Assembly: GCA_045643965.1 (NCBI GenBank)
Contig: JAZRGB010000042.1
Coordinates: 1 to 60,431 of the forward strand
Direction of reading: 5' to 3'
Length of the DNA stretch: 60,431 bases
DNA from: Candidatus Enterousia sp.
GTDB taxonomy: Bacteria; Pseudomonadota; Alphaproteobacteria; Rs-D84
Shown here: piece after piece, positions 46,065-55,620 of the stretch
How the letters are laid out: each line of letters starts with the position of its first letter
How positions within the stretch are numbered: the stretch's first letter is position 1
Position numbers and translations under genes: made by a program
Notes under the pieces: model-generated
What the model was told of the DNA's origin: nothing
What the model saw: only the letters and a program-made list of their open reading frames with translations
Database searches by the model: none

Positions 46065-46682
46065 TTAATCGTAGAAATCGTCACCACCATTGGTGTTAAC
46101 TGTTTTGTGTCGTGATATCTGAAAGAAATCTTTGGCAAACTTTGTTTTTGTTTCCAAACCTTGAAACTTAACATCCGTTGTTGCACCAGTTGCATCAACC
46201 ACAGACCAAGAATTTAATTTTACTGGGCTTTTATCAAAAACAACTGTCATATATCCCAGACCTTCTTGACCACGCAAATTCAATTTCAAAGAAAAAGTAT
46301 TTTTATAGTCATTTGTTTCCACAACACTGATATCAGCATTTTTCAAATCAATATTTTTTCGAACCAAAATTCCTGCTGGTGTACTGGTCAATGGAACGGT
46401 TGTAATTTGATCTAATGATTTATCAAAAAAATACAAATCTTGACCATCAGAAATCAATTGTATCGGCATATTGTCATAATCCAATCTGACACGTCCAGGT
46501 CGTAACATAGAAAAAACACCCTTTTCCTGACGTCCATTAGATGTTTGAATGAATTTTCCATTTAAACCTGTAACAGAATTTAAATATTTTTCTGCATTAC
46601 TAACCAATTTTGAATCAACTGCTGCATCAGCACCAACCGATAAAAACAAACACAAAACAAACGTTATAATTTTTTTTAACAC
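46065..46682 (-). CDS. lolA: outer-membrane lipoprotein carrier LolA-like protein
   Basis: 205 aa. Signal peptide, then F.Q....G......G.F...RPGR.RLDY..P....ISDGQDLYFFD..L.Q.T pattern. Confidence 0.7.
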   Translation of the reverse strand: MLKKIITFVLCLFLSVGADAAVDSKLVSNAEKYLNSVTGLNGKFIQTSNGRQEKGVFSMLRPGRVRLDYDNMPIQLISDGQDLYFFDKSLDQITTVPLTSTPAGILVRKNIDLKNADISVVETNDYKNTFSLKLNLRGQEGLGYMTVVFDKSPVKLNSWSVVDATGATTDVKFQGLETKTKFAKDFFQISRHKTVNTNGGDDFYD

Positions 46683-46685
46683 AGC

Positions 46686-47639
46686 CTATTCCCCCCTAAA
46701 TAATTCCAAAACACGCGTCTTAACATCTTCCAATGTTGTATCACGAATAATTGCACCAGCCGCCCTTTCATGACCACCGCCACCCAATTCCACAGCAATT
46801 TTATCAATTGGTTTTTTGCGACTGCGTAATGAAATTCCAATTTGATTTGGTTTCTGTTCCTTCAACAGCACCACATACTCTACACCCTTGATTTGCCCCA
46901 GCAAACTTAGAATCAATTCACCGCGTCCATCAAGATATTTATAATCTTTTTTCTCGACTGTTGCCAATGCCAAACGTCCATGATAAAAGAATTCTGCATT
47001 TGCAGTTGCACGTGCTTCTAACTGTACAGCCTTGCGTTGTTTATTATTCATCAATTCAATCAGCCCACGAATATTGACGCCACCATCAACTAAATCAGCC
47101 ATTATTCGCAACGCATCACCATTTCTTGAAAATTTAAAATTTCCAGTGTCAGTTATAATTGCCAATCCTAATAAATCAGACACAACCGAATCAAAAACCA
47201 AATTACCGGCACGAATAATATTATAAACAATAACTGCAGTTGCCGCTGCTGTATCATCATTTAAACACAGTTCAGCGATTGTATTTTCGTTTTTATGATG
47301 ATCTATTTCGACAACAAATCGTGCATTATCTATAAACGGTTGTGGTCCACCAATATGTGCAGGATTACCGTAATCCATAACGATTACCAAATCCACAGGT
47401 TCAGTCATATCCACACGTTCAAAATATTTTATTCGATGACGCAGTGGTATATAATCCAAACTATCTGAAATATTTCCATCATAAACGCACAATGGTTTAA
47501 CACCAAAGTTCAATTCAATCAAATGTGCTAATGCCAACACACTGCATATAGAATCACCATCTGGGTTTTTATGTCCCATGATAACTATTGTCTTGGCAGA
47601 ACGTACATGTTCTAAAAATTCTTGTATTTTTTTATCCAT
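46686..47639 (-). CDS. DHH/DHHA1 phosphoesterase (NrnA-like oligoribonuclease/pAp phosphatase)
   Basis: 317 aa. GHKNPDGDSICS, DYGNP, IDHHKN (DHH), and C-terminal GGGGHERAAGA (DHHA1). Confidence 0.85.
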   Translation of the reverse strand: MDKKIQEFLEHVRSAKTIVIMGHKNPDGDSICSVLALAHLIELNFGVKPLCVYDGNISDSLDYIPLRHRIKYFERVDMTEPVDLVIVMDYGNPAHIGGPQPFIDNARFVVEIDHHKNENTIAELCLNDDTAAATAVIVYNIIRAGNLVFDSVVSDLLGLAIITDTGNFKFSRNGDALRIMADLVDGGVNIRGLIELMNNKQRKAVQLEARATANAEFFYHGRLALATVEKKDYKYLDGRGELILSLLGQIKGVEYVVLLKEQKPNQIGISLRSRKKPIDKIAVELGGGGHERAAGAIIRDTTLEDVKTRVLELFRGE

Positions 47640-47651
47640 ATCTTCTTTCTG

Positions 47652-49400
47652 TTATATAGCAATGTCTTCCAGTACAAATTGAACACTGATACGACCATTG
47701 TATTCGTTTTCTTTTAATTTACCTAACATCATCATTTTAGTATTTGTATTCGCATCGTCTAGTAAAAAATCACCAACCGGCGTTCCAACCAGATTAAACC
47801 CAACAAATGCCAACTGTGTACCTGCACTGGTCATAACAGTACCACGCAAATGTGCCCCACTGCCCATAACCACCGCATGCCGCAATACAGCACCATGCAA
47901 AACCAATGTTGGTTCTGGGTTACCCTGACCAAATGGTTCCAATGCATTAAGTTGTTTAACCAACTTCATTGTTGCACCGCCTGCATCCAATTGTGCATCT
48001 ACGATAATTTCAGGTTGTGGCACAATACCGTTTAATTGTTCACTAACTGCACGTTCCAAAAATGCACAGAATTCTGATTCTTTATCTTCGTTCAACGAAA
48101 AACCAGCCGCAGCCGCATGCCCACCACCTTCGCTAACAATACCAGCAGCCAGTGCATCATGTATAATTTTTCCCAAATCAACACCTGCCACAGAACGTCC
48201 AGAACCATTTATTTGACCATCAGATTTTGTTGCAACACAAGATGGTAAATTAAATTTATCTTTCAATCGACCGGCAATTATTCCCATTACACCACCATGC
48301 CAATTATCACCACAGATAAACAAACTGCATTTCCCAGACTGGCAACATTTTTCTGCCATTTCTGTTGCCGATAACATAATTGCATTTTGTATATCGATTC
48401 GTTCCTGATTCATTTGATGTAATTTATTTGCCAAATCGTGTGCAATAAGCGGATTATCCGTTAACAATAATTCTAATGCAGGCGATGCAGAATCAAGACG
48501 CCCTGCTGCATTTAAACGTGGTCCCAACGCAAAACCCGCCGCATAAACAGACGGCTTTTTAATCGCAGCCAAATCCATCAGCACACGCAATCCCAGATTT
48601 TGTCGCAACCCTAAAACTTTTAAACCTGTTGATACAAACGCACGATTCAAACCAACCAACGGCATCGTATCGCAAATCGTCCCCAATGCGACAAGGTCCA
48701 TATAGTTTAATAAATTTTCTGACGACACCTTGGCTGCTAAATCTGCATCTAAATCACGTGATTTTAATTCACGATTAACAGCAACCAATGTTAAAAACGC
48801 AACACCAACACCCGCCAAATAAGACAAGCCCGATTCATCATCTATTCTTTTTGGATTTACAATCGCATCTGCATCCGGCACAACAGCGTCTGGCGAATGA
48901 TGATCTGTAACAACAACCGTCAAACCTGATTTTTTTGCAAACTCTACTTCCTGTACACCACTGATACCGCAATCAACAGTAATCATTAAATCAACATTAT
49001 CTTGTACAATTTCCAAGATTGCATCATTATTCAGCCCATAACCTTCGCCTTCACGTGTTGGCAGATGCCAAACAACATTTATTCCCAATGCACGCAGATA
49101 TTTTACAAAAACAGCCGTTGATGTAATTCCATCAACATCATAGTCACCATAAATTGCGATTTTTTTATGATTCTGTATTGCGTCTGCAATTATTTTTGCA
49201 GCCATATCCATATCTTTCAACACAGATGGATCAGGCATATATTCTTTGATGCTGGGCGATAAAAATTTTTCAACATCAGCATCTGACACAATACCACGAC
49301 TGGCCAAAACTTTGTTTAACAAATCATCTGTACCACAAATATCATCATACGCCGACACCCATGCTTTACCCAGCATGGATTTTTCTACTAATCTACTCAC
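47652..49400 (-). CDS. recJ: single-stranded-DNA-specific exonuclease RecJ
   Basis: 582 aa. DHH motifs GDYDVDGITS, TVDCG, TDHHSP; DHHA1 GGGHAAAAG. Confidence 0.92.
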   Translation of the reverse strand: MSRLVEKSMLGKAWVSAYDDICGTDDLLNKVLASRGIVSDADVEKFLSPSIKEYMPDPSVLKDMDMAAKIIADAIQNHKKIAIYGDYDVDGITSTAVFVKYLRALGINVVWHLPTREGEGYGLNNDAILEIVQDNVDLMITVDCGISGVQEVEFAKKSGLTVVVTDHHSPDAVVPDADAIVNPKRIDDESGLSYLAGVGVAFLTLVAVNRELKSRDLDADLAAKVSSENLLNYMDLVALGTICDTMPLVGLNRAFVSTGLKVLGLRQNLGLRVLMDLAAIKKPSVYAAGFALGPRLNAAGRLDSASPALELLLTDNPLIAHDLANKLHQMNQERIDIQNAIMLSATEMAEKCCQSGKCSLFICGDNWHGGVMGIIAGRLKDKFNLPSCVATKSDGQINGSGRSVAGVDLGKIIHDALAAGIVSEGGGHAAAAGFSLNEDKESEFCAFLERAVSEQLNGIVPQPEIIVDAQLDAGGATMKLVKQLNALEPFGQGNPEPTLVLHGAVLRHAVVMGSGAHLRGTVMTSAGTQLAFVGFNLVGTPVGDFLLDDANTNTKMMMLGKLKENEYNGRISVQFVLEDIAI

Positions 49401-49443
49401 GCTATACTCTTTTTTTATTATCGCTGTATATTATAATCTAAAT

Positions 49444-51081
49444 TTATTCAAATAGCAACGGCAGTATGCTGTCCAATATTTTTCCTGTCACAGGCACGGC
49501 ATTCCACGCAGCAGTACGCCAACCCCAAGATTCTTTTGTTCCCTGCGGTTCGTCCAACACAACCAATATTGTATATTGCGGTGCATCAGCTGGGAATACG
49601 CCTACAAACGCTGTAACATTTCGTTTTGTATCAATTTTACCATTAGTATATTTTTCAGCAGTCGCTGTTTTACCTGCGATTTTAACACCAGCAACACGTG
49701 CTCTTTTTCCACTTGTTTCTTCGGCGACACGCAACATAATCGGACGCAATTTTGCAGAAATTTCATCAGCCAAAACACGTTCACCACGCACAACACCAAC
49801 ATTTCTTTTTTGCAGTGTTGGATAAATATAAATACCACCATTTGTAACTGCATTTACCCCCAACATCAAGTGCATCGGAGTTACTGCATACCCCTGACCA
49901 TATGCAACAGTTGCACGTTCCACAGGCCCCCACTTTCGTTGTGGCAAAGTATTTTCTGTACGGCCAAATTCAAGGCTTAACGCTTTATCCATATGTAAAC
50001 GTTCAAAGAATTCTTTTTGTGCACCATCTGGTAATTCCAGTGCGATTTGTGCACTGCCGACATTACAAGAATGCACCATTATTTCTTCGACATTAATACT
50101 TGGACGTGGTGGTTTAAAACTGCGAATATCTGTAATATTTTTTGCAATTCTACCATGCTTATCATATATAGGAAATGGTTTTGCAACATAATATTCTTTT
50201 TTAGAATCAATACCATTTTCCAATGCCAATGCCGTATTAAATATCTTAAATATCGACCCCAATTCAAAAACACTTCTCATTGGCTTAAACAGTCGATTAG
50301 AAATCGGATCTGTACGCAAGTTTTCCGGATCAAAATCAGGCAAAGACACCATTGCAATCATTTCACCTGTACGTGAATTCATCAGCATTCCCATAGCAGC
50401 CTTGGTCTGATACTTTTGCATTGCAAACGACAACTGTTCATAAAATACAGACTGTATTCTGGAATCAACAGACAAACGTAACGGATCTTTATTTTCCTTT
50501 AAATAATCGTCATATATGCGTTCCGCACCTTCTAAGCCAGAACCGTCTGCCCCAGTAAATCCGACAACATGTGAAAACAATCTGCGTTTTGGATATTTTC
50601 TGGTTTGGATTTTTTCAATTTCCAATCCTTCTAATCTTGCTTGTTGAATAATTTTTCGCTGATTATCACTGGCATACTTTTTCAAATAAATAAAACGTTT
50701 TGGCGAATTCACCAACTCAAGTGCCTGGGCCAAAGAATATTCATACGGCATTGCATTATGAATTGTTTGTGCAACCAATTCCCTATCTTTTTCACGCACT
50801 GCCCGATTACGCAAAATAATATGTCCTGATTCAATATTCTTGGCCAGAATATCACCATTTCTATCAACAATATCAGCACGATGAACCAGCCACTCGTTAT
50901 CTGCACGTCCCAATCTTGTTCTATCTGCACCTTGGATACATAATCCCAGCGTACGCAAACCAAACGCAACAAACAAAGCCAAAAAAACAAAATACACAAT
51001 CTTCAGTCTTACTTTCGTATCGGCATCACAACTGCCTGACAAAGAATCATGATTAACAATATCTTTACCGACTTCGAACAT
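49444..51081 (-). CDS. ftsI: peptidoglycan D,D-transpeptidase FtsI (PBP3)
   Basis: 545 aa. N-terminal TM anchor, SxxK (GSIFK), SxN (SCN), and a KT(A)T box (GKTATA). Sits immediately downstream of ftsL. Confidence 0.88.
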   Translation of the reverse strand: MFEVGKDIVNHDSLSGSCDADTKVRLKIVYFVFLALFVAFGLRTLGLCIQGADRTRLGRADNEWLVHRADIVDRNGDILAKNIESGHIILRNRAVREKDRELVAQTIHNAMPYEYSLAQALELVNSPKRFIYLKKYASDNQRKIIQQARLEGLEIEKIQTRKYPKRRLFSHVVGFTGADGSGLEGAERIYDDYLKENKDPLRLSVDSRIQSVFYEQLSFAMQKYQTKAAMGMLMNSRTGEMIAMVSLPDFDPENLRTDPISNRLFKPMRSVFELGSIFKIFNTALALENGIDSKKEYYVAKPFPIYDKHGRIAKNITDIRSFKPPRPSINVEEIMVHSCNVGSAQIALELPDGAQKEFFERLHMDKALSLEFGRTENTLPQRKWGPVERATVAYGQGYAVTPMHLMLGVNAVTNGGIYIYPTLQKRNVGVVRGERVLADEISAKLRPIMLRVAEETSGKRARVAGVKIAGKTATAEKYTNGKIDTKRNVTAFVGVFPADAPQYTILVVLDEPQGTKESWGWRTAAWNAVPVTGKILDSILPLLFE

Positions 51082-51380
51082 TATTTTGCTTCCCTATTTG
51101 CCAAACTGTCTATTGCGACAGATTTTTTAAAACTGACGACTTCTGATTTTGGTTCTATTGTAACAACCATACTTCGCAAACTTTCCGGTCTAACATACGA
51201 TGCAAACTGTGCTTCTGCGACTGCAATCTGCTGTTGTGTTTTTACAATATTACGTCGAACGTGATTAATTTCCCTGTTTTGTGTACGTGACATGGCACCC
51301 AAAATAACAGTCAAGAAAAACATAACAGCAACAGACCAATAACCAATATGTTGCATTTTTTCATCATCACTCATAACCAC
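51081..51380 (-). CDS. ftsL: cell-division protein FtsL (alphaproteobacterial type)
   Basis: 99 aa, bitopic: a single TM helix (YWSVAVMFFLTVILGAM) followed by a coiled-coil-like segment. Its stop overlaps the ftsI start. Confidence 0.6.
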   Translation of the reverse strand: MVMSDDEKMQHIGYWSVAVMFFLTVILGAMSRTQNREINHVRRNIVKTQQQIAVAEAQFASYVRPESLRSMVVTIEPKSEVVSFKKSVAIDSLANREAK

Positions 51381-51411
51381 ACCCCCCCGTACAATGACAC
51401 ACTATATTCTA

Positions 51412-51783
51412 TCATAAATTCTGTAAAAAACGAATCATAGAATTAAGTCCATTTAATCTACCTGCCCCCAGATTCAAATCCAGACTTTGAAAACATGCCA
51501 ACAAGTCCATTTTTTTTATCTGTTCTGGTGTTTTTCCATCAACCATCGAAATTATTATTGCAACAATTCCACGAACGATACCCGAATCGGCACGACCATA
51601 AAATCTGTTTTCCACACGACATATTTCAACAAAAGAAGAACAACCCATAATTTCTGTACAAATTGCATTATCTGGAACAGGTGCCAAACTGTTGCCCAAT
51701 TCCATAACCATTTCCAATTTTTCAACAGGATCCGATATTAAACCCAACAAATTTTGAATTTCAGCAAAAGTCATCACTACCAC
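51412..51783 (-). CDS. sufE: cysteine desulfuration protein SufE-like
   Basis: 123 aa. ...P....E.....I.GC.S.V.. motif (IMGCSSFVEI) and the C-terminal GL...L...R.NG pattern. Confidence 0.8.
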   Translation of the reverse strand: MVVMTFAEIQNLLGLISDPVEKLEMVMELGNSLAPVPDNAICTEIMGCSSFVEICRVENRFYGRADSGIVRGIVAIIISMVDGKTPEQIKKMDLLACFQSLDLNLGAGRLNGLNSMIRFLQNL

Positions 51784-52091
51784 CCCGCATTTGTTAAATC
51801 TAATTCCAATCTTGCTTCATCAGACATACGCGATAAATCCCATGGCGGATCCCAAACCAAATCAACCCGCACAGGCGTATCCCCACAAACAGACTGTGCT
51901 GCGGCACGTACCTGCTCTAACAATTCTTCCATCATTGGGCATGTTGGACTGGTAAAAGTCATTTTTATAACAACAGCATCTGACAAAATATCAATATCGT
52001 AAATCAACCCCATATCCCAAACGTTCACTGGGATTTCAGGATCATACACCGTCTTTAACGAATCTATAATATTTTGTTTTTCACACATCAT
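51777..52091 (-). CDS. DUF59/MIP18-family Fe-S assembly protein (SufT-like)
   Basis: 104 aa. VYDPEIPVNVWDMGLIY...MTFTSPTCPM... signature. Confidence 0.8.
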   Translation of the reverse strand: MMCEKQNIIDSLKTVYDPEIPVNVWDMGLIYDIDILSDAVVIKMTFTSPTCPMMEELLEQVRAAAQSVCGDTPVRVDLVWDPPWDLSRMSDEARLELDLTNAGW

Positions 52092-53176
52092 TTTACAATT
52101 TCTTTTATATATTTAATGACCGTTTCTACTTCTTCTTTTGTATTATATGCACCCACAGATATCCTGATACTGCCATCAATTCCCAAGAACTGATGTATCC
52201 AAGATGCACACATATTTCCAACACGCAAACATACACCACGTGCACCAATTAATGTACCAAAATCCAGAACATGCATACCATCCACTGTAAAAGATAACAA
52301 CGACGAATCGCGTTTTGAAATTAAATTAATTTTATTAATCTGTGACAATTCATCATACATATACTTTATTAAATTCAAATCTGGACGATTTTTCACAATA
52401 CCTTCAACTGCTGGAATCAATCCTATGATTTGCGTCAACGGCAATGTTCCTGCTTCAAAAACTTCTGGCACAGAATTAAACACTATCTTATCGCCAACAA
52501 TTTTATTAACCATACCACCGCCAAAAACGACAGGCTTATAATTATCTGGATTTTTTATATACAATATACCAACGCCTGTATCTGCCCCGATTTTATGTCC
52601 AGAAAAACACAAGAAATCACAATCATATTTTACAACATCAATTTTGCTGTGTACGACAGATTGTGCCGCATCTACCACAGTTATAACATTTGGATTTTTT
52701 GCTTTTGCACATTTTATAATTTCATCAACATCTTGTTGCACACCAACAACATTTGACATCGCAGTTATAACAAAAACATCTGCATATGGTATATTATTAA
52801 CATCTATATTTAAATGTTCATCCAGTGGGCACACAACTGTTTTTGCCCCTGACATAACAAATGGCAGTCTGGCACTATGATGATCTAAATCAGACACCGC
52901 AACAATATGTTCTGAATTTAAATTTAACATATTTGCGACTTTATTTAGCGAATCGGTTGCACCAGATGTGAATACAATTTGATTCGAATTTGCACCAATG
53001 AAATTAGCAACACAATTACGTGCATCTACAATCAATTTGTCTATATTATTTACACGTGCACAGATACCACGCCCTGCATTGGCATAATCATGCCTTAAAA
53101 AGTCCATTTCCGCCCCAATTACAAAATCTGATTTTTGATAACTTGCGGCAGCATCTAAGTATATGATTTTATTCAT
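52088..53176 (-). CDS. sufS: class V aminotransferase-fold cysteine desulfurase (SufS/CsdA-like, short)
   Basis: 362 aa. YLD.AA, VVDAAQS, PLP-lysine motif FSGHKIGADTGVGILY. Operon partners are DUF59 and sufE. Confidence 0.8.
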   Translation of the reverse strand: MNKIIYLDAAASYQKSDFVIGAEMDFLRHDYANAGRGICARVNNIDKLIVDARNCVANFIGANSNQIVFTSGATDSLNKVANMLNLNSEHIVAVSDLDHHSARLPFVMSGAKTVVCPLDEHLNIDVNNIPYADVFVITAMSNVVGVQQDVDEIIKCAKAKNPNVITVVDAAQSVVHSKIDVVKYDCDFLCFSGHKIGADTGVGILYIKNPDNYKPVVFGGGMVNKIVGDKIVFNSVPEVFEAGTLPLTQIIGLIPAVEGIVKNRPDLNLIKYMYDELSQINKINLISKRDSSLLSFTVDGMHVLDFGTLIGARGVCLRVGNMCASWIHQFLGIDGSIRISVGAYNTKEEVETVIKYIKEIVK

Positions 53177-53251
53177 TTATGATTTCTCTTGCATTTTGTG
53201 TTGATTATAATACACTCGCTTCGAATATCAATAAAAGAAGGAGAAAAAAAG

Positions 53252-53575
53252 ATGGCACTGGAACACGCAAACGATACAACAATCGAAACATTAATTGGCA
53301 ACGGCATCACACTGGTTGACTTTTGGGCAACATGGTGCGGTCCATGTCGTATGTTTGGTCCAATCTTTGAAGCAACATCTGCAAAACATCCAGATGTAAC
53401 ATTTATAAAATTCGAAATCGACGAAACGAATCGACGTACTCCTGCAAAATATGGAATCCGCAGCATCCCAAGCGTATTGGCATTTAAAAACGGCGAATTG
53501 GTCGAAGCACGCACAGGCCTGATGGACGAAGACACATTAACAGATTGGATAAATGAATTAAAAGGGGCACAGTAA
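53252..53575 (+). CDS. trxA: thioredoxin
   Basis: 107 aa from the ATG at 53252 (RBS aaggaga). Motifs VDFWATWCGPC and GIRSIPSVLAFKNGE. Confidence 0.93.
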   Translation: MALEHANDTTIETLIGNGITLVDFWATWCGPCRMFGPIFEATSAKHPDVTFIKFEIDETNRRTPAKYGIRSIPSVLAFKNGELVEARTGLMDEDTLTDWINELKGAQ

Positions 53576-54003
53576 TGGCAAAACAGGATTACAAGACCAT
53601 TGAATTACCTGCCAAATATACACCAAAAAAGTCAGAACCATATATGTGTCCTGAACAATTGGCATATTTCTATAATATACTGAACACTCAGAAAGAAGAA
53701 TTGTTAAGTGACAGCGATTCTGTATTAAACGCTGTCCGTATGGCAGAAAAAACCGAAAGTGTTGGTGTTGGTGACGAATCAGACAACGCAACATATAATC
53801 AAGATATAACTATGGATTTGCGTATATCTGAACGCAACAATAAATTATTGCAAAAAATCAACGCGGCATTGGACAGAATGGCCAAGGGCGAATATGGTTA
53901 CAGCGTTATATCTGGCGAAGAAATCGGACTTAAACGTATGATGGCACGACCACTGGCCACCATGACTGTCGAAGAGCAAGAAGAATACGAACACCGCAGA
54001 TAA
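53575..54003 (+). CDS. dksA: RNA polymerase-binding regulator DksA (Cys-free zinc-finger region)
   Basis: 142 aa. Coiled-coil with acidic tip (DESDNATYNQD) and C-terminal ...GEYGYSVISGEEIGLKRMMARPLATMTVEEQ, where the four canonical Cys positions read S, S, T, V. Start overlaps the trxA stop (TAATG). Confidence 0.85.
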   Translation: MAKQDYKTIELPAKYTPKKSEPYMCPEQLAYFYNILNTQKEELLSDSDSVLNAVRMAEKTESVGVGDESDNATYNQDITMDLRISERNNKLLQKINAALDRMAKGEYGYSVISGEEIGLKRMMARPLATMTVEEQEEYEHRR

Positions 54004-54007
54004 AAAA

Positions 54008-54035
54008 ATAACCGGAAAAACCGGTTATTTTTTTT
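54008..54035 (+). terminator. intrinsic terminator after dksA
   Basis: Hairpin ataaccgg-aaaaa-ccggttat followed by a T-run. Confidence 0.8.
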
Positions 54036-54046
54036 ACCTTGCTTTG

Positions 54047-54074
54047 TTGACAAACATATATTACGTGTTATAAT
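54047..54074 (+). promoter_or_regulatory. consensus extended -10 sigma70 promoter
   Basis: TTGACA (54047-54052), 16 bp ending in TGT, then TATAAT (54069-54074). Confidence 0.6.
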
Positions 54075-54097
54075 CGATAAAAACAAGGGCAACTATT

Positions 54098-54340
54098 ATG
54101 AATAACGAAAACAAAAACAATCTTTTAAATACCAGGGAAATTATATACCTGATATATAACGGTATGGCTACAGCCGGAATCGTCCATAATGCAAACCAAC
54201 TTATTGACAAAGGTTATGAACGTGAAACCCTTCTCATTTTATTAATGTGGATTACTGGATTTGCTTATTCTGCACATCGTTTATATCAAATATATAAAAT
54301 CCGCCAAGAAGAAAATCAAAACAATCAGAAACAACGATAA
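54098..54340 (+). CDS. small hypothetical membrane protein (80 aa)
   Basis: Two hydrophobic segments (IIYLIYNGMATAGIV and LLILLMWITGFAYSA) and an N/Q/K-rich tail. Forms an isolated unit between a consensus promoter and a strong terminator. Confidence 0.5.
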   Translation: MNNENKNNLLNTREIIYLIYNGMATAGIVHNANQLIDKGYERETLLILLMWITGFAYSAHRLYQIYKIRQEENQNNQKQR

Positions 54341-54367
54341 AAAAACCACCATACGGTGGTTTTTTTA
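54341..54367. terminator. bidirectional intrinsic terminator (small gene / tatA)
   Basis: A-run, hairpin aaccacc-atac-ggtggtt, T-run. Confidence 0.8.
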
Positions 54368-54574
54368 TTTCTTTTTTACAACCTTTTTAGCAGGTGCTTT
54401 TTTTGCTGTTGCTTTCTTGGCAGGTTGCTTTACTTCCTTGATTTCTTTTTTAAAGACATTTAACCCGTCTGCCAAATTTTTCATCATACCTGGAATCTTG
54501 TTTGAACCGAACAAGATTACAACCAAGACAACGATTACTAATATTTCTGCCCATCCAAAACGACCAAACATCAT
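54365..54574 (-). CDS. tatA: twin-arginine translocase subunit TatA
   Basis: MMFGRFGWAEILVIVVLVVILFGSNKIPGMMKNLADG, then a Lys/Ala-rich tail. The track start at 54580 is a GTG inside the SD-like aaggtga, so I take the ATG at 54574 (54571 is also possible). Confidence 0.85.
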   Translation of the reverse strand: MMFGRFGWAEILVIVVLVVILFGSNKIPGMMKNLADGLNVFKKEIKEVKQPAKKATAKKAPAKKVVKKK

Positions 54575-54587
54575 AATCACCTTTTTA

Positions 54588-55343
54588 TTATTTTGTTATA
54601 TAACATTCTAAACCATCTGCCTTGGCATTACGGCAAAAGCCATTTGCATCCGCAGATGAATTAAATCCGACACGCAATCTGTATGTTGTTGCACCATTTT
54701 TCAGTTGTGCCCCCAATATAACGAACTGTTTACCACTAAACAAACTTTGGTGTGCAGCAACCAACTTACGTTGCCCTGCTTCTGCCAATGCGTGTGTACT
54801 GTATGACCCCAATTGTGCATACCAAGCAAATGTTTTTGCTGGTGCAGTATTTTTTGCCACAGGTTTCGCTGCTGGTTTTGCTGCCGGTTTTGCAACAGGC
54901 TTTGGTTGCGTTACCTTGGCAGGTTCAAATTTTACTTCTTTTCTATCTTCGACAACACGAACAGGAATCGCTGGTGCTGGTGCCGGTTGAACAAGTGTTG
55001 GTGCCGGCTGTACCACTGCTGGTTGTTCCACTGGTTTCTGTTCGGGCTGTGGTTTAACAGTTGGTTTTGCAGGTGGCATAACATTCATATCAACCGGTGC
55101 ACCTGCCCCATCAACAACCATCACTGGTGCATCCAAATCAACTTCAATAGAAGATGAAGATTCACCACCAATTGAACGAATAATTATATAGGATGCCAAA
55201 ACAATAATAACAACACCCAATGACAATAACAGCCATGGCTTCTTTGGTCTTGGTGCAGCAAACACAGGAACTTCTGGCAAAGAATCTACAGATTCTGCAT
55301 CATCTAAATCTAATAAATCCAAGTTATTATCTTCGTTATTCAT
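54588..55343 (-). CDS. SPOR-domain (septal peptidoglycan-binding) protein
   Basis: 251 aa from the ATG at 55343 (GGAGG upstream). TM helix, Pro/Ala/Lys-rich linker, and a C-terminal SPOR pattern (YAQLGSYSTHALAEAGQRKL.....F....TYRLRVGF.S...A..FC). Confidence 0.8.
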   Translation of the reverse strand: MNNEDNNLDLLDLDDAESVDSLPEVPVFAAPRPKKPWLLLSLGVVIIVLASYIIIRSIGGESSSSIEVDLDAPVMVVDGAGAPVDMNVMPPAKPTVKPQPEQKPVEQPAVVQPAPTLVQPAPAPAIPVRVVEDRKEVKFEPAKVTQPKPVAKPAAKPAAKPVAKNTAPAKTFAWYAQLGSYSTHALAEAGQRKLVAAHQSLFSGKQFVILGAQLKNGATTYRLRVGFNSSADANGFCRNAKADGLECYITK

Positions 55344-55424
55344 AAGGCAATCCCTCCCTCTAAATTCATATACGCATATTATATCATAAAAATATAGAAT
55401 AACCAAACGTATATAAACAAAAAG

Positions 55425-55568
55425 TTATTTAGGCATATTTCCAAAGTTTGGTGGAACAATCAATTTATGATTTTCTGTGACGATTGGTTCAACTTCACAT
55501 TTTTTTGCACAACCAGATAAAACAATTGGTGTTATTACCAGTGCAACCAAGAACAATACTTTTTTCAT
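55425..55568 (-). CDS. small lipoprotein (47 aa)
   Basis: Below the track cutoff. Hand translation: MKKVLFLVALVITPIVLSGCAKKCEVEPIVTENHKLIVPPNFGNMPK. Has a lipobox LSGC. RBS aaaggaaag. Confidence 0.55.
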   Translation of the reverse strand: MKKVLFLVALVITPIVLSGCAKKCEVEPIVTENHKLIVPPNFGNMPK

Positions 55569-55595
55569 ATTCTTTCCTTTCTTTTATATTTATAT

Positions 55596-55614
55596 GGGGC
55601 AGATACCCTGCCCC
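55596..55614 (-). terminator. GC-rich hairpin after thrS (weak T-tract)
   Basis: ggggcag-N5-ctgcccc. The minus strand is followed by atataaatat. Confidence 0.4.
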
Positions 55615-55620
55615 ATGATT

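Noticed and set aside
54261-54611. 116-aa plus-strand ORF opposite tatA
   Set aside because: It overlaps the terminator and is the mirror frame of the well-supported tatA gene.
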